NCBI GenBank assembly: GCA_043228905.1
Contig: JBHGNT010000018.1
Span: 2,666,001-2,730,000, forward strand
Length of the DNA stretch: 64,000 nt
DNA from: Azolla caroliniana
Taxonomy: Eukaryota > Plantae > Polypodiophyta
Direction: 5' to 3'
In this document: in pieces, positions 1 through 12,601 of the stretch
Layout of the letters: every line of letters begins with the position of its first letter
Position numbering within the stretch: the first letter of the stretch is position 1
The notes under the pieces: generated by a model
What the model saw: only the letters and a program-made list of their open reading frames with translations
The model's database searches: none
Told to the model about the DNA's origin: nothing
Program-made: the position numbers and the translations under genes

Positions 1-1049
1 GAAGAGGAGCTCTCTTTGAACCGGAGAGGGGTTTAAAGAGAGCTGTGAGGGGAGGCAACGAGGCCGCGCATGAAGCAGCCAGATGCGACCGCCAACGACA
101 AGAGGGCGGTGGAAACGACGCGATAGTCGTCGTGGCCACCATAGGAGGTGGTTAGGGTTGTGGTGTTGGCAGGGGCCGAGAGCGCAGGAAGAGTGAGCAA
201 AAAATAGATTATTAGACCTACCCGAGGAGGAGGCGGTGGCAAGAAGCGGGGCTCTGAAGGTGGGGGGGAGGGCGATGAAACACAAAATGAGGGAAGCGTA
301 CAACGCGAGAGGGGTTGGAGCGCAATCACAGAGGGAGGAGGAAGAGCGGTGAAGGAGAAGAAAGAGTCGTGAGGGGGAAAGAGGAGTGGGGAAAGGAAGG
401 CAAAAAAGAGAGGACCTAAAATTACCATGCAAAATAATATGTAAAAGAATGAGACGAACAAAAATAGATAGACCACAAGTAGAAATAATCGCCCGGGGTG
501 CCCCTAAAATTAAAGGGTAACTCCAAGATTTTAAATACTAATACTTATACTGAAAAAATTTAAAATTGCGGGCGGGGATTATTGTCTACCGAGCACGATA
601 ACGGAGGTCGGGGGAGAAGATAGGCCGAGTAGTCGCTGAACGGAGTGACATAAGGTAGGGGGAGGGGTTAACAGGGTTTGGGGTGGGCCAAGGTTTATAT
701 GCGGACAGTAGGGTGGGACGGGAGTCCACCAGGGGTTTCGTGAGAGTTTGGGAAATTTAGGGGTTTTTCGGTGGAATTGAGGGGGCGGGTGTGGGGTGTG
801 TGGGGAAAAGGGGGGCATGTGAAGTAGTTTTATGGGGCATTCAACCTCCTAGTTGTTGAGTCTGGTCGGGTCTATGGCCTTAACCTGGGCGGGGTATTTG
901 GCCGATGTGTGCAGTTGTCGGTTGTCCCGTGCAGTCATGGTATGGTTGCGGGTGGGAAGTGGCTTCGTTTCGGGACCTAGAAGCTAGTGGCACCTTTGTG
1001 CCAACCTTGGGCGTTTGTGAGTGCTTTTCTGACTTGCCAAATAGCACGT

Positions 1050-1760
1050 TGTCGCGTATTTCCATGCGTGCGTGTAGAATAAGGCGGGACCACGGGGGTC
1101 TTGGACTAGGGAGTACATGGGAAGACGGGTATGAGCAAAGTGGAAGAGATTACCACGGTAGAGAAAGTAGAAAGAGACAAGGTTTAAGAAGTTATGTATA
1201 TTATGGGCATGAAAGCCTCAATGCGATTACAACTGCGGCCGCGTGGGCCGGACTCAAAACATCAGTAGAATGTAAACCCTAATCGGATAAGTAAAGAAAG
1301 AAATGAAGAAACCCTAAAAGAAACCCTGGACCTAAGTGGTATACCTCTTCTCACTCAAAATAGGCAACCCCTTCAATGGTGCCCCTTCCTCTCCCTTTAT
1401 AGCATAAGGAGAGAAAGCCGTTACAAAAAGGGAGAGCCTAAATATCCCATTCATTCAATGGGGGATATTTGCTTAGATTCTTGGGGGAGGGATTGATGGG
1501 GCCTTAACTCCCACTCCTCACACATACTACCATGCCCATTACTCACCTCGTACTCCTATGTACCCCTCTCTTTCTCATGTGGATATGCACATAAGTGCAC
1601 ATCACATTTATATTTTAGGAATCTTGTGGTGCATTTCTTACAATTTGTATTTGTTCTTATTAATATTTTACAAAAATGTCATGTGCGTGTGCAACGTTGC
1701 ACACCCCGGTTTTGCTCACTCCGCTCGGTTTTCCCCCTATGGACGAAAATCTTCACAACA
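1050..1760 (-). mobile_element. Solo LTR of the tRNA-Trp-primed Ty3/gypsy lineage
   Basis: TGTCGCG...CACAACA termini; perfect 4-bp TSD ACGT (1046-1049, 1761-1764); family U5 motif CCCCCGTGGTCCCGCC on the - strand near 1085-1100; the host ORF rejoins (…DHTAENV/LFGKSE…). Confidence 0.9.
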
Positions 1761-2075
1761 ACGTTCTCCGCGGTGTGGTCCTTCGGCAATGTGATGTGGA
1801 ACCATCGAAGCCACGGAAGTTGTCGTTGCATACTTCGAGGTTCGGGCAACCTAGATGTCCCCATGTTTCGAAGGAGAAAAGGGTTAGTGATGCTCCAGTG
1901 TCGATTACCGCCATTAAATGGCACGTCGTCAACGAAGCATGGTAGGTGCATCATCATGTCATTAGAGTCAACCGCCTTAGCCATAGCTGCTAAGTGGGTG
2001 TCCCCTTGTCTTTTCAATTTCGCTTGCGCATTGCAAAGGTCGGTTTCTAGTTGGGCCATTCGGCCTTCAGATGCC

Positions 2076-2807
2076 TTAATTTTGGCTTCCACTTCTCGTT
2101 GTCAAGCTGAGTAGGGCTTCGAGGGTGAGGGGTCCGTAGTAACGTTTGAGCTTGCTCCCATTGATGAATCCTGGGATGTCGAGTCCTTCGAGCGTGCGTA
2201 TTCGACATGCTCCTGTCTTGGTAATCTCTGAGACCACATAGGGGCCTTCGCCACATAATTTGAGCTTCTTCTTGTGTCGTTGAGAGGCAAATTTGAGAGC
2301 CATGTCCCCTTCAACTAGGTCTTTATCTCTTACTTTGTTGTTGTGTCACGCCTTTCTATTGGCTTTCTCTGTCAAGAGTGCTTGGAATGTGAGGAGGCGA
2401 GTTTCGGTCAACTGTTCTAGGTTCTCTAGGCGTGACGGGAGGGGGTTCCCGTCCCATCGTTCTTGGACGGCTATCCTAAGGCTAGGGACGAGGAACTCGA
2501 TGGGCAATACCGCTTCTTGTCTATATACTAGTTTGAATGGTGTGTGGCGAGTTGCTACTTTGTAGGAAGTGCGCAAGGCCCACAATGCCGCTTGGAGTTT
2601 GGTGTTCCAATTGGACTGCGAAGCGGCGATTATCTTTTTTATCTCTGCACATAACACCTTATTAGTGCTTTCCGCTTGTCAGTTGCACCGGGGGTAATAA
2701 GGGGAGCTCTTGCGATGTGTCACCATAAATTCGCCTAGTAGATGTGATATCAGTTCGTTGAGGAAATGGGAGCCTTGATTGCTAATGATATCTAGCAGAC
2801 GTCCAAA
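2076..2807 (-). pseudogene. Integrase C-terminal half of the outer Athila/Tat-like element
   Basis: ORFs 2346-2657 (ALWALRTSYKVATRHTPFKLV) and 2076-2303 (GPYVV...INGSKLKRY), with stops and frameshifts. Confidence 0.85.
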
Positions 2808-3493
2808 CCGTTGTCGTGTTGTTACGCTCTCACGTGTGAGATGAGGCGGGACCGTAGGGGCCCCAAACCAAGGAGCGTGAGAAAGAAGAGGGAGAGCGAT
2901 TCAGAGAAACATAGGGAGGGAGACGGGAACGACAGATTCAATTACAATGTCAACAACGATTACAGTTGGCAAACCAGCAACAAACCCAAAACGGAGGTCC
3001 CACGCACACACACAGACGACACAGAGAACGCACGGTGGAGCCTCTGTTGGAAGCACACGGGCTTACACGCAACAAAGGCAACCGACACAGAAACGTAGTG
3101 GAGAGCAATGGTTTAGGAGGAGAGAGCTCGGTCCCCAGTCCAACAACACTTCCTCCTCGCCAAAATGCGATACCTATCTTCTTCTTCTCCCCTCCCTTTT
3201 ATAGGTCGCCGAGGAGACCGTTACATCAAAACACGTCAACTTTATTCTCTGTCCTTTCGGACAGAGATACGCATCAATTCCCTAGACAATTAATACCCTT
3301 CCTAGTACATATGTACATCAGTCGATCTATTCCTAACTATGTACAATTCATAAACACACACACACACGAGACAAGGATTGGGTCACGCCTCCTCCCCTTG
3401 ATTCCTCCTAGGGGTGGTTTTCTCCACGACATCCACCCCCAGCAAACCACACGTCCACCGGTAGGAACAACCTTGGCGGAAACCGGCCCTAGA

Positions 3494-4600
3494 TCACTCG
3501 TTGTTTTCCAAACCCTCGCCTTCCTCGATTCGGGCATCATTGCCGCCATCGCTCACCGGGTCCGGTTCGCCCTCGTGCCGCTTCTTGAACATCTTGACCC
3601 TCTTGCCGGCCACTGGTACTGCTATCCGCATCCCATCGAGCTCCGTGAGATGATACGTGCCGTTGTCGTTCGCGCTTGTCACCGTGTAGGGCCCGAACCA
3701 TCTCCTCGCAAACTTACGCACTGCCTTGTGCTGATTATTGAGGCTACTGTCATACACCAACACCCAGTCGCCTTCCTTGATCTTCTTTGGTCTTAGCCGA
3801 TGTGTTCTGTCGAACCGGTCTTTGTTCCTTTCACGCATCGTACGCAGCTTCGCCATTGCCTGCTCCACGTCCTCGGGTCGTCGCTCGAGCTGCCGAATCC
3901 GCGCCGCTAGCAACTCTTCCCGGCTCATCTCATCCTTCCAGTCCACCGCGACCCACGAAGTGATCATCCGTTCCACCAGCATAATCGGTTTTAGCCCGTA
4001 CATCAACTCCGTCGGCATGAACCTTGTCACTGAATTGTGTGTAGTTCAGTCCGCCCACAACCCGTAGGGTAGAAGCTGCGGCCAATTCCTGACTTGCCCT
4101 TCACACGCTTGTACGAAAGCCTTCACGATCGGTCCGTGTCCACGTTCTACCTTCCCTTTCGCCTCCGGATTGTACGCCTTAGTGAGGGAGAGCTTGATCC
4201 CTAACCGGTTGAGCAGCTCCTCAGCTTCCTGCGCGTCCAACTCTCCCCGATCCGCCACGATTTTCCCTACGCATCCGTACCGGCACATTACCTCTTCGAC
4301 CAGGAACCGGCACACCGCCGCAATCGTCTTGTTCGTCAGTGCGCAACCTTCCACTTGGTTCGTTAATCTTCCCGCGCAAGCACCAGATACCGCATCTACC
4401 CTACTCCCATCGGCATTGTCACTAAGTCCACCATCCATTTGAAGTGGATGGTCGGCTGGTAGGTTGGGTGCAACTCGTCTCGATGCCGGATCGCGGAGTG
4501 CATCTGACAGTTTTCACACGTCGTCACAAACTGGTACACATCCCGGTACAACCTTGGCCACCAATACTTCTCTTTCAGTTTCTCGAACGAGGCCTATGTC
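3494..4600 (-). pseudogene. Integrase of element A
   Basis: VADRGELDA, NPEAKGKVERGHG and WFGPY motifs, fragmented by frameshifts. Confidence 0.88.
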
Positions 4601-4604
4601 TCGT

Positions 4605-5657
4605 TGTCGTGAAGTACGAAAGCTTCACATTAAAAGTCTACTATAAGAGAAATACATAACTAAAATAAAATTTGATAATGTTTTATATATAAAGATAATA
4701 TTAACAACACATGTGATAATATTATATATATGTAAAGAAAAATAATATATATATATATAGATAAATATATTATATTACACGAACAAGAGAGGACTTGAAC
4801 CAATAACCCCACCCTATGACTTTCAAATCTTACCATTTACTCTATACTAATAATATATATAAGATAAAGGATTTGCTTCATGAGATAAAAACTATGTTAC
4901 ATGTTGTATTCAATAATATTTGAGAGACTCAAACCCACAACCTCATATACCAAAGTCAACACACCTACCATTAGGCCATATTTTCATGTTTATTCTTATT
5001 CCATATATTTTTTCATACATGAAAACTCAAATGAGCGAGATGCCTATCATGCATCAAATGTAATGCATGAACGCCAAATGGCGATCATGCATCACATGCA
5101 TTTCATGCACTACATGCATGACTTGTACCCTCCAATGCATCATATGCATGGGGGCACCTATTTAAATGGTGAAAGAGAAGATCAAAGGGGGAGAGGGATG
5201 AGATATCAATCAAATATATATTACATAAGAGATACCATAAAATAGAGAAACAAAGGAAGAAGTTTAACATAAAGGTGGAGCTCTAGCTTGGCGATCGTGG
5301 TGGTCAACTCTCAACAAGAGGGAGGCGGTTTGAGCCTTATCCTCATCAAAATATTGAAGTGAAGATTGTTGTGGACTACTATCAAGAAAGAGAAGAGCGA
5401 TTATCTTGTGAGACCAAGTTCGAAGGATCAACGACGCTTACAACCACTTTTGTAACTCTTTCATCAAATAATTATAAATCTCTTTTATCCCTTCAAATAT
5501 CATTCAATATCCTATCTTGTCATATCTTGTTGATCTCCATTTACTCTATCTCTACTCTTTCGTCTCTTCCGTCCATAATCCCAATGATTCCTTCCTCACT
5601 TTCACGATATCTTTTGTCTACGCAACGCTACGCTTCTAGGCAAGCCACGCCATGCCA
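4605..5657 (+). mobile_element. Solo LTR (same lineage, different subfamily) inserted in the integrase of element A
   Basis: Starts TGTCGTGAAG and ends CATGCCA (degenerate CACGACA); flanks TCGT/ACGC (degenerate TSD, CG retained); interrupts the host motif WAGHR/GTWA; TATA-like CTATTTAAA ~5158. Confidence 0.75.
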
Positions 5658-6538
5658 ACGCGGTGTCCGGCCCAAGGACTCTCATGATACGCCGTAAGCA
5701 ACTCGTCTTGCTCGTCCTTTCTCGCTACTACGTGGAGTGGGACACCGCCTCGCTTCTTAGGGTGCCTCCATATGTTCCCGTCCTGTAGGAAGAACCGGTA
5801 AGCTTTCTTTCGGATCCGGTTAGCCTCTTCCTTTGTCCACGCTGCGTCTGGTGTCATTGTCTTCAAGAACCTACCGATTTGGAGCCACTCCCCGTCGTAC
5901 TTGCCTTCGTGGAATTCGTTGAGCGCCGGAGGGCTCCTCTCCCTCGTTATGTGTGCCATCTCGAAGAAGTCTACGCCGACTTCCTCGTCCTCTGAAACCA
6001 TGCTGTCCTCGTCGTCGAACCGTGCTCTCGAAAGCATGTTGGCCATGGCGTTGTCCTTCCCGGAGATGTGTTGTATCTCCGGATTTAGGGACTTGATGTA
6101 CGCAATCCACCTGAGCATTGCCAGGTCTGCAGTCGCGCATCCGGAAATCATACCGAGAATCGGTAGGCAGTCCGTCTCGATTATTACCTTCGTCCCTATA
6201 AGATAATCTTTGTCGGCCTTTACCGCCGAAACAATACCCCATAGTTCGCGCTTAACTTGGGCGTATCCTTGCTGTCACTCACTGAGAACCTTCGCCCCGA
6301 ACCGGATCGGGAACCGCGCGCCACTCTTGTCCTCCTGATTGATCACCCATCCGATCCCGGTCGGGTTTGTGTCAACGGTTACGTAGATGGGGATCTCCTT
6401 GCCATAAACCGCTTTCCTGAGAGCTGGTGCTGCGGTAAGCGCTTCCTTCAGTCTCCGAACTGATTCCGTATGCTCCTTGCCCCATTCAAATTTGTGCCCC
6501 TTCTTCAGCAACCCGTAAAGTGGTTCCGCGACGTGTGC

Positions 6539-9500
6539 CCCTTCTTCAAGGAGGTCAAGGATCTACGAGAAGCTCACGAGTCGTGGTTGTCCTTAGAGGG
6601 AGCTCTATTGGAAGCATACAGGTATGCGAAACCGGAGTGGGTATGCCGGCAACCCGATGGGGAGCGGTCGGCAACAACGTGGCCCACGAGCGGCGGAGAA
6701 GAGAGGGCAGTGAGCGGCTACGCACTACCGTTGAAAGAGAGCTCGACACGCGATCAACCGAAGGAGTACGACCTAGAGGCGTTGGTATGGGAGACGTGCA
6801 AGCTTGTGAAGGGGAAAATCAAAGCCGAAGAAGGGCTTATTATGGAGTCGGGCTGGAGGCAATCGGAGGATGCGGAGGAAGAAGCCTCCCTAAGCCTAGA
6901 AGACGGGGCTTATACGGAGGCCGAGAGAGTGTACGACGACGACATGGGAGAGGGTGTGGAGCAAGCAACCCTCTTGCCTTGCTGTGAAGGGACGACCATG
7001 GAGGCCGGTAACTACGGATTCGGGACATGGCGGCCCGAAACATTGAGTGGGGAGGAGACAAGCGGCGGTGCCGGGTCCTTACCCACACCGATTCTAGAGA
7101 CTCCGGCATCCAGCCCGAGAGCCGGTGTGAGACCTAGAGTGATGAACGGTGGTGGTGGCAAGGCGGGCAACCAAGACGACGGCAAGGAGATCGAGGAAGA
7201 GGAGGCGGCGAGCGTAATCGAGGCTTGTGCGATCGGAGGCGGGGTACCTGCGGACAACGACGTCCAGACGGAGGCGGCTACGGACACAACGAGTGGCAGT
7301 GTCGGGTCCTTACCCACACTGGTCCTAGAGGCTCCGGCGGTCGACCCGAGTGCAGGCGTGAGTCCTAGAGCGACGGGCGGTGGCGACGGCAAGGCGGGCA
7401 ACCAAGACGACGACGAGGAGAACGAGGAAGAGATAGCCACGGACCACGGCGTCTGAACGAAGGTGGCTACGAACATGACATCGGCGAGTAATGGTACCGG
7501 GACTTTTCCCACACCTATTCTAGAGACTTCGGCGGCCGGCCCCGATAGCCCACGTGAGACTAGAGAGACGGAAGATGGTGGCGGCAAAGCGGACGGTCGA
7601 AACGACGGCGAGGAAGGTCATAACGGACGAAGGAGAGACCCCTCGACACCGGGGCCGGAGACTACGACGATTGCGCTTGAATGCCAACGTAAGACCGTAG
7701 AGAAGGACGGTGGCTGTGAGTAGGCATGGCCCGGAGCGAACACGTGTGATGATGAGGATGCGAGGCCCGGAACAGGCATATACAAGAGGACCGATGGAGA
7801 GGTCGGGAGCGGCAAAGAGGAGAGAGTCGGGGACCGACTCGACCGGAAGATGAAGCGGAAGAAGAGTGAAGCGGGGGCCAGTCAACCGGGCCCAAACCGA
7901 AAGAAACCGGCAAGACTGGGATTGTTTGATCAACTCCTTACTGGCCGGTTACGGTTATGATGGGAACCGGTGAGAGAGAGAAGAAGGCTAACCGGGCACG
8001 ACAAGTACGGATCGGTGAGAGGCCGAGAGCAAGAGGGACCCTCCCCGCCTATTCTAGAGACTTCGGCGGTTGCGGATCAACATAAGACTGGAGAGACGAC
8101 GGGTGGCGGTGAGGAGTCGGAGACCGGAACGGACGAGGCTACCAGAACGGGTACCCGGTGCGTGAAGACAGACGAGCATGGCCAAGACGGCAAGCCGGAG
8201 TCGGAAGGGGCTACGACAACGAAGGACGAAGAGACCGACGTGGAGGTCGGGTCTATGATGGATGAGGCGCATAATATGAAGTACGCACTACAGCGTAAAA
8301 CAGAGCATGCTCTATAGCCGCTCGAGGGCCAAGAAACGAGCCTGTATTCGGAAGAGCCACAACGAGTGACCGGTGATAGCGGTCCGGTCGAGCCTTTGAG
8401 AGGCAAAAGCGCGGCGAGAGACGAAGTAGCGAGATGCCAGGATCGGCGGATGGGCAGCAAGAGCAAAGGATGGTGCGCGGAGAACATTGGGGTACACACC
8501 GGGAAGAGAAAACGCGGCGGCTTCCCAGAGGGCATGCAAGGCCAAGCGGGCCAAGAGGGCGCAAGTAGAGGCGAGGCGGTAACGAGAGCCTCAGGGGACA
8601 CCGACACGGAGGTCGGGATGACGGTACGCTCTACGGCGAGAGAGCACGACGGACAAAGGAGAAGCAAGGAACACGGAAATGGGGTCGCCTAAGAGCCAAA
8701 GAATGAGCGCATATTCGGGGGACAACATCGGCGCACGGGAAGAGCCTACGGAAGGCAAGTGTGGAGCGGGAAGAGTCGACACATCGAGGTGTTCGGCATG
8801 TGGAGACAATAAACCCAAAGGAGCGGCACGCAAAGGGCGGAAACCGGAGTGCGATCGGAGAGATCCGGAGCGCATCCAGAGGACATACGAGGCGGACCAA
8901 GAGGGTGTACATTGGGGCGAAGCGGCATCATCGGAGGTTGCAGAGGACATCGAAGACGAGAGCACCGACATGGATGTCGGGGAAGCAACGTACCTTTTCG
9001 AATGGGTACGCAGAACGGAGTGAAGTGCGAGTCGTGCGATGTGGCCGCGTAAGGGCCGAGCGACGAGCACGAGGATGAGCGACGACGAAGTTCGGCGCGT
9101 GACAGTGCCGAGTCGAGGAAGCGGCCGAGGCGAGACATGCGTGGACGAAGAGAACACGGTGCGATATTCGGCAAACAGTCGGGAAGAACGAGGATTCGGT
9201 CCAAGGTCGCGCACGGAAAATGGAGGAAGGCGAAGAGAGGTTTGCGAAGACCGGGTCTGGCAGACTGGGCGGAGACAGTGGTTCGGTGAACTTCGTCGAG
9301 TATGGTGGATCAGATGGAGGTGATGGTTCGAGAGCAAACGACGGATATGGCGGACCGGGAGGCTACGGTGGTCCATGTGCGACGGATGGGCTTGCTCGAA
9401 GTGGAAGACGAAGTTGGGCAAAGCTGACAAGACGCTAAGGACTCGGTTGACTGTCATGGCCGAAAATCTCACCTCTTTCCCCTTCTTGGCACATACCAGT

Positions 9501-10080
9501 GGATGTGCGGTTTGGTGGAGGCGGATGTCGTGAAGATTTTCGTCCATAAGCGAAAACCGAGGTGGAAAGGGCAAGTCGGTGGTGTGCAACATGTGCACAC
9601 GTATACTAGGAAATGGTGTATAGAAATAAGAGGGGAAATTTTATCCCACATTGTAAGGTCCCTCCCTCCTTGGGCTATAAAAGGAAGGGAGGGGTCACTT
9701 ATGAAGGGTTGCCTATTTTGAGGGAGAGAGGCATACCACTTAGGACGAGGGTTTCCTATTCGGTTTTAGGGTTTCGGTTAGGGTTTTTCTTCTTGGGTTT
9801 CCTTTAGGGTTTTACTATACTTCGCTATTCTTCTAGGGTTTTTTTTTCATAGTCGTTTGGTGCGGCCATGGCGGCCACCATTGTAAAGCGTTTATGTTTC
9901 CTTAAACTAACTTGTTGAGTATCTTGCCTCCGTCTATTCTATGTTATTGTCTTATTCTTTCTCTTCTCCTCTTGAGCTAAGCCTCCATATCCTATCTTAT
10001 TCTTTCTCCTCTACTCCCTAATCAGAGACCCCCGTGGTTCCTCCCCTTCTACACGCACGCACGCGCGTAGCAACGCGACA
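6539..10080 (+). mobile_element. 5'-truncated non-autonomous derivative (LARD/TR-GAG-like) of the tRNA-Trp lineage, with 3' LTR 9526-10080
   Basis: PPT GGTTTGGTGGAGGCGGA then TGTCGTGAAG at 9526; LTR ends CGCGACA with flank ACGC; the ~70 nt before the LTR resemble the 3' internal end of element B; purine-rich repetitive interior with no pol; the left junction lacks the 5' LTR and some host RT codons. Confidence 0.8.
6540..7456 (+). CDS. Gag remnant fused to an acidic Gly/Glu-rich repeat region (non-autonomous element)
   Basis: Part of ORF 6470-7456: EVKDLREAHESWLSLEGALLEAY resembles the gag helix of elements A and E, followed by repeated SLPTPILETPA...GGGGKAGNQDD units. Confidence 0.45.
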
Positions 10081-11507
10081 ACGCTCACGCACCCAGGAAC
10101 CTCTGCACCTCTGTAACCGACTTGCACTCTTCCTTCACTACAGAGATGGCTTCTATCTTTGTTGGAGACGATTTCCGGCCGTAGGGCCCGCATAGGTGAC
10201 TGACCACTAGGATCTCCGATTGGCCGAACGCCGATTTCTCCCTGGAGAAGGTGAGCCGCGCGTCCTCCAACCTTTGCAACACCTTCTCGCAGTCATTAAT
10301 GTGGTCCGCGATGAACCTCCGGCATCCGTCCAGCCCAACCGCCTCGTCCTTGTCCTCCACCGGACATCCTTTGATTGGGATGTCATCCAGGAATGGCATG
10401 GTGATGTTCAGGATGAAGTCCCTCATCACCTTGTTCATCACATTCACCATGTGCGCCACCGAGTTTGTCCCTCCTTGCGGCAGGGTACACATCCGCACTA
10501 AACCGAGAGGGGTCCGCATCGTCGTGATATCCTTGCTCTCCACGGCTAGTTGGAATTGATCGTACCCCGAGTACAGATCATTGACTGAATAGATTGACCT
10601 TTCGGCGAAGGCTTCCGTGAACTTGTCTATCGTCGGTTCGATACCCTGTTGACCGGTTGTAGGTCCTGAATGAAGCGCAACGTGCCGTTCTTCTTTGGCA
10701 CGGTAAACCACCGATTTGAATATGGGGCGTTCGATGGTTCGAGGATGCCCATCTCCACCTTCTACTTCAGTAGCTTCATCAACTTCGGGATGTGAGCTCT
10801 GGGTACCGGAATCGGCTTGAGATTCCACGACACATGCGGCACCGTGAATATCACCATCGGCTCCACGATCGTCGGGTCTACGCACCCAATCTCCTTCGGC
10901 GAGAATGTGAAGGCTTTCTCGTGCCTTCTGAGCATCCTCTAAAACCGATCCTCCTCTGCTGACAGTAGAAACCGACCCCCACTGACCTTGAGCTCCCGTA
11001 GCGTTATGTCGGTGAGTCGGTGCCCTATGCCGACCGGTTGACGTAAACTTGGGTCCGACGCGACCCCCTTTATCCGCTCTCCGCTGCCCTCCGGCAAGGG
11101 TGCCGCAACTGGCCTCACCTTCCAGTCCACAGTCTTGTACTTGGTATCCACACGGGCCATCCGACCGGACCGGACCCTTTCCCCGAAGTTAGCGACGACT
11201 TCGTACATCTCCACTGAAATAAATGGAACTGCTCGGTCTTCACTAAGGCCTCCTTTGAAAACCTCGCGTAATTCCTCCAAGGTGTCATCGAAGGAAACCG
11301 CCTCCACGACACTGCCAATCTCTTCGCCAGGGCCGAGGACTTCGTACGCCCTGAGTCTTTCTTCCACTCGCTTCTTTTCCCGGCCACTGATGCCGGCTAT
11401 AGTACAACCTCCATTATCGGAGAACCAAAATTTCCTATCTATGGTACATGTGTGGGGTTCTTCTGGGGTGTCCGGACTATCACGGCCCCACGCCTTGATA
11501 ACCCTCT

Positions 11508-12578
11508 CTAAACATCCCCTCGGCTCTCGCCGCCGAGGGTCTCACGGTTACGCTCATGGTTTGGCCTCACCGACAAAAATTGAACGAAGCGCTGTCCGTC
11601 CTGGCTCTTCACGCACGCACACACTAATCCATTGTTAAGCACCTTCGTTTCCATCCGTGCCACCGTAATGTATGGCTCGCCAAGTATCACCGGGTGCGAG
11701 GACGTCTCCTGCACAAAGAAGTGTTGATCTATCTCAACATCGCCGATCTTTACGCCATCCCTCCGTGCTTGTGCGATCTGGAGCTCGCGCACCATTTGCG
11801 TCAGCTCTTCCAGAGCCGCTCCTCCAGAGGAGCCTTGGACCACTCTACTCGTCTCGAGCCGATTCCGAGTCTCTTCCTTCCCAGCCGGCATCGATACCGG
11901 CTCCTCGAGCTTCCTCGCCGGGACCGGCCCCGACGCCGTCGAGCCCTCATCGCTCCACTTGCGCCGCTTGTGAAAGCGGGCGCAGACCCCTTTGACCACG
12001 GCCCAGTCGGTCGTGATGCCTTCATCCGTCTCCAATAGGAGACCCACCGTCTCCCGATCTAGCGCGTGCACCGACTTGACGAACAACAAAACCCTGCTCG
12101 TGTCAAGCATGGTCTGATTCAGCGCTGACAGCCGAGCGAATTGTTGTTCGAATTCCTGGAGGAGCACCGACGTGTTCCTCCCCTTCCCAGGGCTCTCAAC
12201 CCAAGCCATGAAGTTCCGCTTCGACAGTCGAAGTGAATCGTTGTACCCGTACTTCTCGAGGAGCCGCCCCTTGAGGTCCACCCAAGCCTGGCATCCGGCC
12301 AACACCTCGAGCACTTCCGCGTGGATGCTCGGTGTCACCACTCGAGGGAATCCGGATAGCCGCCTGTCCTCCGGGATGTCCCTCATGATCATTTCGGCCT
12401 GATAGGCCTCCAAATAGCTTGTGGCATTCTTCGCACCGAATCGCCCTATGGTGCCGAAAATCGATTCTATGGCCCTATCAAGGGAACCCGTTCCCTCACG
12501 AGTGCTCACTAGCCGGTCGATGACTACTGCCATAGCTTCAAGAAGCTCGGATCCCCTCATCTTCAACTTGTTTGCCAC
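11508..12578 (-). pseudogene. Gag-protease ORF of element A with an internal deletion
   Basis: Homologous to ORF 25686-27890 but jumps from QIAQARRDG directly to VKIGDVEIDQH, losing the zinc knuckle and the protease active site. Confidence 0.85.
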
Positions 12579-12583
12579 CTTCT

Positions 12584-12601
12584 TTCATGTCGGGTTCACC
12601 A
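12584..12601 (-). other. Primer binding site complementary to the tRNA-Trp 3' end (also at 27926-27943 -, 37790-37807 -, 58375-58392 +, 60628-60645 +)
   Basis: Consensus TGGTGAACCCGACGTGAA is the reverse complement of the plant tRNA-Trp(CCA) end ...TTCACGTCGGGTTCACCA; this copy has one mismatch. Confidence 0.9.

Noticed and set aside
33-476. Hydrophobic Pro-rich ORF as an env-like or host gene
   Set aside because: Composition follows the strong C/T strand skew, and no family signature is recognisable.
2966-3796. 276-aa + strand ORF
   Set aside because: Spans an LTR and the antisense strand of integrase, with no recognisable domain.
8591-9598. 335-aa - strand ORF
   Set aside because: Antisense to a GC/purine-rich non-autonomous interior, crosses the LTR boundary and shows no motif.
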